DNA of 54,267 nucleotides from a virus (Duplodnaviria; Caudoviricetes): IMG/VR virus record IMGVR_UViG_3300049893_000997, positions 1 to 54,267 of that record; one strand, 5' to 3'. Shown piece by piece: positions 47,828 to 54,267 of this stretch (position 1 is its first letter; each line of letters starts with the position of its first letter). The notes under the pieces were generated by a model. It saw only the letters and a program-made list of their open reading frames with translations, ran no database searches and was not told where the DNA came from. The position numbers and the translations under genes were made by a program.

Positions 47828-48267
47828 ATATCCTCCAGATTAAAATTATCGAGTATTGCGTCTACTTTGCGGCTACATGTTCTTTGTATTATATCTGCGT
47901 GGTCTTGTGATCTTGCTATAAGAAATAGGTCTGGGTTGTTCAGTATTGAATAAATTTCATCATAAAAGATCGGTTGAAACATCCAATCAAGATCGTATAA
48001 ATAGAGGACTTTTTTGGAATTATTTGTACATCCTAGCATACGATTTGCCAAATTAAGAGTATGTGCTATTATGAGTCCATTATGGAATGAATCCATATCA
48101 TACGGGGCATAAACAGCGGTGTTGATTTGTGTAAATGGCATGGTTTGATCCAATGTGACAAAGCATACCTCCTCGTTTGACTGCTCACAGAAACGATTTA
48201 CTTGAGTTATTGCCTCATAGTTGAATTGAGAGTATGAGACGTTTTCTAGACATATCATTGTTTTCAT
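47812..48267 (-). CDS. Hypothetical protein, GT-B N-terminal Rossmann-like
   Basis: KKVLYLYDLDW and LIARSQDHA segments; lies inside the glycosyltransferase cluster. Confidence 0.5.
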   Translation of the reverse strand: MKTMICLENVSYSQFNYEAITQVNRFCEQSNEEVCFVTLDQTMPFTQINTAVYAPYDMDSFHNGLIIAHTLNLANRMLGCTNNSKKVLYLYDLDWMFQPIFYDEIYSILNNPDLFLIARSQDHADIIQRTCSRKVDAILDNFNLEDIWNSL

Positions 48268-49040
48268 TGTGACAATAGCCTTTGCTTTTTGATTTTTAGT
48301 ATTTCGTCAGCAATCTTAGTTAATCCTATAGTTTTGAATATCTTAGAAACGGCATCATATGATGTATATTTTTTCAGAATATCGGATTTAGAATATCCTT
48401 CTATATCATATCTAGTTCCATTTTCTATAGCGTCAAAAATTTGATCTTTACACCTTTGAGGATTCAGAGGGTCGTATAGTATTGGATTTCCATCAGATGC
48501 CACAATATCCATTAATCTGGTCGTATCAGAGTTTAAGCAGATAGATGCTTTTGCATAGCGATAATATTTACCATAATCTGCTGTGCTACACATGCCACAA
48601 TAACCGGCTATATTATGTGGCTGATGTGTGAAAAACTTAAACTGTATATCATTATTCAATATGAATTCTAGAACATCTCCAAATACCGCTGGAGATCCAA
48701 TGTATACCACATCAGAAGTAAACTTGGGGATATCGCGTTCGTGAACCACAGTGCTTCTTGGTTGAATAAACTTCCCGATGTAATTCTTAGACCCCTCATT
48801 TAACGAGAAGGAGTTTGATGTTTCCGTTTCGTTGATATTGATAGAAATTGCATTGTTTTTGATAGGAAACTCTTTGGCGTGTGGAATATTGTGCATGATG
48901 ATATCGGGACTAAATGTAGCAATATGTTCTTGTTTTAATTCACCAGAAGCAAATGCACATTCGTATTTACTTTCGGATAATACGCTTAATAAGGCTTCGA
49001 ATATTGGATCTTGTGAATATTTGTAACAAAGTATTTTCAT
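48264..49040 (-). CDS. Glycosyltransferase-like protein (GT-B, CgeB/DUF3880-like, divergent)
   Basis: MKIL, PDIIMH, SDVVYIG, YYRYAKASI...RLMDIVASDG, ILKKYTSYD. Confidence 0.6.
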   Translation of the reverse strand: MKILCYKYSQDPIFEALLSVLSESKYECAFASGELKQEHIATFSPDIIMHNIPHAKEFPIKNNAISININETETSNSFSLNEGSKNYIGKFIQPRSTVVHERDIPKFTSDVVYIGSPAVFGDVLEFILNNDIQFKFFTHQPHNIAGYCGMCSTADYGKYYRYAKASICLNSDTTRLMDIVASDGNPILYDPLNPQRCKDQIFDAIENGTRYDIEGYSKSDILKKYTSYDAVSKIFKTIGLTKIADEILKIKKQRLLSQ

Positions 49041-49720
49041 TATAGATCTTTCAGTGTTTGAACTTCTTGTGAACTTTTATAGATTACATGAATAGGAACT
49101 TTTTTATTTAGTGCATTTATGAAAGCGTCAAGATTATAGAATTTTTGCTGCTTATATTCGTTGATTAAACTACGAGCAGTTTCAAAATCATTTTTATGAA
49201 GAAAGAATATTTCTGACCATACATTGGGCAATCCATATGAAATATTTACTAGACGGTTATTTTCGTATAGTAATCCTAGATCATAGTTATTTTTTTTAAC
49301 ATTGTGACATATAGTATGTGAGCAATGTGTTAATGATGGACTGATAGCCGCTGTGCTAAAAATTCTGTCTCCATGTATTATGAATGTATTTTGATCAATA
49401 GACAGATTCAATGCAAAAATCCACGAATCTAAGGCACTAGAGTTTTTATAGTCTTTGTTTTCTGCAATTCTAATATTGGGATATTTTTTTTGACGAATAT
49501 GGGCTAATAATCTATCGTGTTCGAAACCAGATACCAAAATAATTTCGTTGTTTTTATAGATGGATTGAATAGTTTTTATTTGTTTATCGATGAGTAGATC
49601 ATGGTCTATGGGAGTAAGCGGAATATTTTTGTGGCCGCGTTTGTTTGGTTTTTGAGAGCAAAGTATAATGAATGAGAATCTTTCCTGCTCATTTGTTAGT
49701 GAATGAGGTTTACTTTTCAT
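49040..49720 (-). CDS. Nucleotidyltransferase-fold protein (LicC/NTP_transf-like, divergent)
   Basis: FIILC, LLIDKQI, EIILVSGF, ENKDY, FIIHGDRIF, WSEIFF; start set at MKSK. Confidence 0.7.
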   Translation of the reverse strand: MKSKPHSLTNEQERFSFIILCSQKPNKRGHKNIPLTPIDHDLLIDKQIKTIQSIYKNNEIILVSGFEHDRLLAHIRQKKYPNIRIAENKDYKNSSALDSWIFALNLSIDQNTFIIHGDRIFSTAAISPSLTHCSHTICHNVKKNNYDLGLLYENNRLVNISYGLPNVWSEIFFLHKNDFETARSLINEYKQQKFYNLDAFINALNKKVPIHVIYKSSQEVQTLKDL

Positions 49721-50279
49721 CTTGAAAAACTGTACACACGCTCTTTGGTATATGCAGGCTTGCATAGTTATTGCCAACTATATTTAGTTTATTCTCTTCA
49801 CCAAGATGTCTAACCAGTTTATCGGTTGACCAAAATACAATTGGTAGATTTAACTGAGTACCCATAGCTCTGGATCTAACATAGCACCTGATATTATTTA
49901 GATGAAAATCACAATAGATAAATCCATTTAAATCTTCATTCAGCCAACTAAAATCTATTTCATCTAATGCATTTCGAAAAAGTGTTACATTTTCTGGTAA
50001 AATACAAAAAGCTGTTGAATCGCCATGTCTAATTAGATTCGATAAAACGATATTATCGGCGTTTGGTATAGATTCATAGAATTCAGGTATGTATTTAATA
50101 CTTGTATTTACATAAGACGCATAAGGCATTAGATACGTTGGTATGTTCTTTTGCAAACAGAAGTCAAATACATTTACATGTATCTTATATTTTGAAGATA
50201 CGCATCCATCGAGTAGTGAGTGGAACTTCTCGATAGATGGTTCAGATGTGAATTTGTAGTTAATTACTATAGTTTTCAT
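49710..50279 (-). CDS. Divergent GT-A-like hypothetical protein
   Basis: FCILPENVTL...GFIYCDF...HIPK resembles a GT2 core but has no DxD. Confidence 0.45.
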   Translation of the reverse strand: MKTIVINYKFTSEPSIEKFHSLLDGCVSSKYKIHVNVFDFCLQKNIPTYLMPYASYVNTSIKYIPEFYESIPNADNIVLSNLIRHGDSTAFCILPENVTLFRNALDEIDFSWLNEDLNGFIYCDFHLNNIRCYVRSRAMGTQLNLPIVFWSTDKLVRHLGEENKLNIVGNNYASLHIPKSVCTVFQDEK

Positions 50280-50991
50280 CTATGTCCTTCCAGGTTAGCA
50301 CTTGTGAATCCGAATTTTCTTTGTTTGCTATATCACAAAGCTTTTCGCCAAACGAACATTGCAAGTCACCTTTGAGCCATTTATAGATATGAATCATACT
50401 AACAGATTCATGAAAGCCCTCTGTTGGCAATACATGTAATAATCTATTTAGTTGTTTGTTTACGAAAAAATCGATTTTATCTACGATCTTCTCATCAAAA
50501 GCCTTGTTCGTATCAAGTATAAAAAGATACCCATTTTTTGCATAGGTTAAAGCTTTGTAGACATGAAAAGCGATGTCATGATCTAACCATTTGATTAATT
50601 TATACCCTCCATGGATATTATTTCCGCAAACATCCAACATATCACTAGCTTTAATATCCTTATAGATTACTATGAGCTTAAAGTTACTAATCTCAGTATT
50701 TGCGTTCAGTTTTTTAATAGCTTGTAATAAGTTGCTGGAATCATTCGCTATTAGTATAATAGTGCCAGAGATATAGATCTCGTTTCTACATATAGACATT
50801 TTTTCTTCTATAGGCAACTCTTGATTCCAATCGGAGGATCTAAAGTATGGACATATTCTATTGATAATAGGAGATCCATCATGCATAACAATATCCGCAC
50901 CGTGTTTCTCAAATTTCTCCAATAGATTATGAGAACATGTTGCATTTTGATAGAAGCAACAAAATTTACATGCCGTTTTTAAGCCAACCAT
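50260..50991 (-). CDS. Hypothetical protein with N-terminal Cys cluster and GT-A-like domain
   Basis: CKFCCF..C...RICPYFR N-terminus; KNGYLFILD. Confidence 0.5.
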   Translation of the reverse strand: MVGLKTACKFCCFYQNATCSHNLLEKFEKHGADIVMHDGSPIINRICPYFRSSDWNQELPIEEKMSICRNEIYISGTIILIANDSSNLLQAIKKLNANTEISNFKLIVIYKDIKASDMLDVCGNNIHGGYKLIKWLDHDIAFHVYKALTYAKNGYLFILDTNKAFDEKIVDKIDFFVNKQLNRLLHVLPTEGFHESVSMIHIYKWLKGDLQCSFGEKLCDIANKENSDSQVLTWKDIDENYSN

Positions 50992-52631
50992 TTAGCACCA
51001 TGATCTGTAAGTTTTGAACGATTAAGTCTAACCTCTTCCCAAATATTATAGTTCTGCAATCTTTGCTCAAAAGTTTTGATTACCCCTTCCCGATTTATTG
51101 CTTTTGGTCTATTATTACCAAGAGGAGAAAATTCGCTTACATAGAATCCATCCCATGAAGCTTTTGTTACTCCTCGTTGTAAATCGGTCTGAATAGCTCT
51201 GGAGAAGTGTGAGTTTTTGTGAGGTTGATAATAACAATATGCGTCCATTAATTCATTCATGAATTGGCTATGAGATGGATTGTCCATATTAACCTTTTGC
51301 GGTGGAATTAACTTCATTGGTTGTTTCCAATCAGCATATTCACAGTCATCTATCGCCTTCATCCATTCTTGAGTTGTAGAATCCCAATTATAATTTTCTT
51401 CAAATAGCTTTCGCGTTTCCTCTCTTCTTTTTTGACGATAATCGCTATCGTTATCGATAAAGAAGTGCTTTAGGATTTTGGTTAGGGAATGGTGATCCGG
51501 AACGGCCCGATTACATCCGGTTTCTAATTCCTTGTAGTAAGAATAGTCGATTGGATATGCACCAAGTTTATTCACAACGTCTTCCATTGCGGAATAGTTT
51601 GTGCATACAATGGGAGTCCCACATGCTGCGGCCTCTACTTGAGGTAGTCCGAATCCTTCTGAATTTGCACACTGAACATATAGATCAAAAAGATTGTATA
51701 TCTTGGCTAACTGTTCATCGGGAACACCATTGCCAACATTGGATGGACTTGAGGCATATTGTCTACATGACGAGCAAACTTTCTTAATGTCCCTGAATGG
51801 TGATGCTTCTATATTTTTACAATTTTCACACACATATGTCATTAGCACTCTAGACGATAGACCATTTGAATGAATTAATTCGGCTAAATTCCAGCCAGCG
51901 TCTGGAAAACTGGTGTGTAAGTATAGATATGTATTTGTTGAATTAGTAGATCGGATATATTCTGCAAATGATTCGATTAAGGCTGGAAACAGTTTACGTC
52001 TTTGGTTTCTCATAACTGTTCCAACAATATTTACATCTAGCGGAAGATTAAATTGTTGACGAAGTGCTAGTCGATCCATCGGGTAAAAGCATTCTGAGGC
52101 GGATGGTGAAGCCACTCCGATAGTATTAATTCTACTACCTCCCTCATTCTCCAATACATTTTTGGCCCAGTCCGAATATGTTAGTACATAATCAGCGTCT
52201 GAAAAAATGTCCAGCCATTCCTGATTTTGTGGACTAGCGTCAACGGTTGGCATCCACGCCCAAGAGAAAATACGCCTGTATGGGGAATGGTAAATGAAGG
52301 AGTCCATCCAAAAATCTCTGATAGTGAGAATAATATCCGGCTCAAAATCTAAACAGACTCGTTCGAATCTCCATGCACCGAATTGGTTAACGGGATTTGA
52401 ATTGTAAATATTTTGTAATTGCTCATCATTATTAGGAGGCATATTGCAGTAGTTTTTCCACGGAATGGAGGATCTACGCGGATCATCTTCATTCCCATAA
52501 ATCGAGAACTCCGCTATCTCATATTTATTTGTGGCGTAAAGTCTAGAGATGACCTCTTTGCTATATTTTGCATATCCAGTATTCAAATACGCCGCTTCGG
52601 ATATGAACAGAACTCGTTTCTTTTTATGCAT
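50979..52631 (-). CDS. Glycosyltransferase family 4 (GT-B) with Zn-ribbon insertion
   Basis: RVLFISE..LNTGY, VMRNQRRK, YNLFDLYVQCANSEGFGLPQVEAAACG (EX7E motif), YNWD. Confidence 0.93.
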   Translation of the reverse strand: MHKKKRVLFISEAAYLNTGYAKYSKEVISRLYATNKYEIAEFSIYGNEDDPRRSSIPWKNYCNMPPNNDEQLQNIYNSNPVNQFGAWRFERVCLDFEPDIILTIRDFWMDSFIYHSPYRRIFSWAWMPTVDASPQNQEWLDIFSDADYVLTYSDWAKNVLENEGGSRINTIGVASPSASECFYPMDRLALRQQFNLPLDVNIVGTVMRNQRRKLFPALIESFAEYIRSTNSTNTYLYLHTSFPDAGWNLAELIHSNGLSSRVLMTYVCENCKNIEASPFRDIKKVCSSCRQYASSPSNVGNGVPDEQLAKIYNLFDLYVQCANSEGFGLPQVEAAACGTPIVCTNYSAMEDVVNKLGAYPIDYSYYKELETGCNRAVPDHHSLTKILKHFFIDNDSDYRQKRREETRKLFEENYNWDSTTQEWMKAIDDCEYADWKQPMKLIPPQKVNMDNPSHSQFMNELMDAYCYYQPHKNSHFSRAIQTDLQRGVTKASWDGFYVSEFSPLGNNRPKAINREGVIKTFEQRLQNYNIWEEVRLNRSKLTDHGAKWLA

Positions 52632-53097
52632 TTTGCTGCCTGATAATTCTATTTTTTATTGTGGAAAGAATTTTAGAGATTTTATTCGGGGAAACATTTA
52701 GTTGAGCCGCAATGCTTTTATTAGTCTCACCGCTCATTTTAAGTTCAATAATTTTTTGTTCTAGATCATTTTTTGCTCCAACCATATCATTGCATTCTAG
52801 ATAGTCGATATCTCGATTACGATATTTGAGTGAATTATTATCTAAATGTATCAGATCACCCTGTAGTTTGTTGGATTTAATATACTTCAGAATATCATTT
52901 CTAACGCAATGTGTAATAAATGTAGATACTTTCCCGCGAGTGGGATCGTACTTATGTCCACTCTTGCATAATGCGAGAAAACCAACCTGAATTAAATCAT
53001 CTCTGCTAAACAGCTTATTCTTCATATAGATAGAATTTGCTATCTTATAGACCAATTTCTTGTTATCCTCAATCATTTGCTCAACTTGTATATCCAT
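52624..53097 (-). CDS. Sigma70-family sigma factor
   Basis: NKKLVYKIA...DDLIQVGFLAL...YDPTRGKVSTFITHCVRN (region 2) and GETNKSIAAQLNVS HTH; start set at MDIQV after a GAGG RBS. Confidence 0.88.
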   Translation of the reverse strand: MDIQVEQMIEDNKKLVYKIANSIYMKNKLFSRDDLIQVGFLALCKSGHKYDPTRGKVSTFITHCVRNDILKYIKSNKLQGDLIHLDNNSLKYRNRDIDYLECNDMVGAKNDLEQKIIELKMSGETNKSIAAQLNVSPNKISKILSTIKNRIIRQQNA

Positions 53098-53104
53098 GTC
53101 TTCC

Positions 53105-53383
53105 TCATTTAATAATCTTGAACTCGTTGATACGAAAGCATATATTCTCTTTATATTGTCTTGCCGTAGAATCAATAACCAACAGATGCTCTCCGATACG
53201 CAGCGAATTGAACAGAGCGAACGACGCCCCACCCCATGCTTCAAAAATCAAATCATCGTAGTCTATTACTTGTTCATTCTTGGACTTCCTCTTGTGTCCT
53301 ACCTTAAGAACAATTTTGATCCTTTGTTCAGCCGGATCAAAAACTATAGATTGAGTTTGTCCTAGAAATGTACATTTGTTCAT
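53105..53383 (-). CDS. ssb: Short single-stranded DNA-binding protein (OB fold, no acidic tail)
   Basis: MNKCTFLG...FEAWG..S...L..G..L.V pattern. Confidence 0.7.
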   Translation of the reverse strand: MNKCTFLGQTQSIVFDPAEQRIKIVLKVGHKRKSKNEQVIDYDDLIFEAWGGASFALFNSLRIGEHLLVIDSTARQYKENICFRINEFKIIK

Positions 53384-53390
53384 AATAGCC

Positions 53391-54267
53391 CTAAATCAAA
53401 AATATCTTATCAACCACAAAGGAGTTTCTTTGCTTGTCTTTAATTTGTCCTGATATCAATACAGTGGCCCTTTCATACATTATATCCTTGTTTTGCTCGT
53501 ATACGTCAGGAAAAACCACGATATTATCTAGTTCGCCAGAATCATCCTCTACTGACAGGAACACCATCACATCATCATTTTTTGTTTTATGCTGCTTTAT
53601 CCTTTTGATTACAGCCGCTATGATGCACTGATCTTGTTTGCCATCGGCTATTTCTTTACATGTAGCGTTGGCATGGCAACTGTCTGAACAGCCATTTAGT
53701 TCAGAATGGTTAACTTGACAACCTAGTAGTTGCTCTTCTATTCTAGCATAAACGACGGAGTTGTCAACTAGCGTTCTGCCGGGATTCAATATTCTCACAA
53801 TGATATTCTCTATTTTTTGCAATCGATTTTGAGTAGAAATCCATCCACCCGCTTTCTTAACTCCTCGATTTACTAGTTTCTTTAGAACATCCACGGCCCC
53901 TCTATCGTTATCTAGCAATTGTACCACGCCATCAATCTCTTTGTCTGTTAGTTCTAATACACAATGATATTCATGCAACATTTCGCTTCTACTTTTACCA
54001 AAACCAGAGAATGTTCCTACACTAATCAAATTTTCTATGGCTCTTTTATTTATGTTTACAAGCACCTTGAAAAGGATCGTGGTCCAGTTTGACTTTTCAT
54101 CGGTGGATAGATCGTCTAATCTTTTTTTAAGTTCGCTTAGGTGTGCTTGACCAACATTTTTAACATTGCATATGCCAAACTGAATACTATCGCCTTGCAG
54201 GGTAAAATTTTCTTCTAATACATTTATACTTGGTCCACGAATGCCTATACCTTCGGATCTCGCAGAC
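53391..54267 (-). CDS. dnaE: DNA polymerase III alpha subunit, C-terminal part (5' end outside the window)
   Basis: Frame open to the window edge: GIGIRGPSIN..EENF...IQFGICNVKNVG, INKRAIENLISVGTF, E..LLG, and OB fold HKTKNDDVMVFLSVEDDSGEL..VVFP. Confidence 0.92.
   Translation of the reverse strand, partial: SARSEGIGIRGPSINVLEENFTLQGDSIQFGICNVKNVGQAHLSELKKRLDDLSTDEKSNWTTILFKVLVNINKRAIENLISVGTFSGFGKSRSEMLHEYHCVLELTDKEIDGVVQLLDNDRGAVDVLKKLVNRGVKKAGGWISTQNRLQKIENIIVRILNPGRTLVDNSVVYARIEEQLLGCQVNHSELNGCSDSCHANATCKEIADGKQDQCIIAAVIKRIKQHKTKNDDVMVFLSVEDDSGELDNIVVFPDVYEQNKDIMYERATVLISGQIKDKQRNSFVVDKIFLI

Noticed and set aside
53098-53244. N-terminal extension of the second sigma factor in the ORF track
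   Set aside because: It overlaps ssb; the RBS-supported start is at 53097. The track starts for 4439, 16768, 19126, 46342 and 49777 were trimmed to coupled or non-overlapping ATGs for the same reason.
1-54267. Stop-codon reassignment
   Set aside because: Genes are full length in code 11, and TAA, TAG and TGA all terminate tightly packed genes.
1-54267. CRISPR array, tRNA, diversity-generating retroelement, intron or intein
   Set aside because: No spaced identical repeats, cloverleaf, reverse transcriptase or adenine-specific repeat pair seen; terminase and the visible part of DnaE are uninterrupted. Intergenic space is minimal, but a covariance search was not run.

Overview
This window is a continuous stretch of a large, AT-rich, tailed dsDNA phage genome in standard genetic code (TAA, TAG and TGA all end genes). 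It looks siphovirus-like: there is a tail tube and a 2574-aa tape measure protein, and no sheath gene is visible. The + strand (about 960-45262) is one late gene block. It runs from a sigma-like factor, a possible small terminase, GDP-mannose 4,6-dehydratase, HNH, ERCC4-like nuclease and ClpP through terminase, portal, protease-scaffold, decoration and capsid genes, then a fibre/receptor-binding cassette, neck, tail tube, chaperones, tape measure and four large tail-tip proteins. The - strand (45263-54267) carries the end of DnaE, SSB, a second sigma factor, a glycosyltransferase/nucleotidyltransferase cluster, a Vsr-like endonuclease, a Rad52-like annealing protein and a small Cys-rich protein. 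The first ~420 bp are much more GC-rich and look like the edge of a different (probably early) module. Two candidate systems stand out. (1) The tape measure carries an ADP-ribosyltransferase-like domain and an HExxH metallopeptidase-like domain next to duplicated [YF]AxGG/DTVPAMLTPGE modules, which suggests a swappable cargo delivered at infection. (2) Exposed virion proteins are strongly and directionally enriched in Ser-Gly while internal proteins are not, and the phage encodes Gmd plus glycosyltransferases, which suggests a virion glycosylation system with an SG sequon. Also notable are a shared TGGnGTAT late-promoter motif, a 2007-aa tail protein with ~92 Cys, and a dif-like 29-bp element next to an early promoter. 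All product calls come from motif recognition by eye and all counts are manual; no searches were run.
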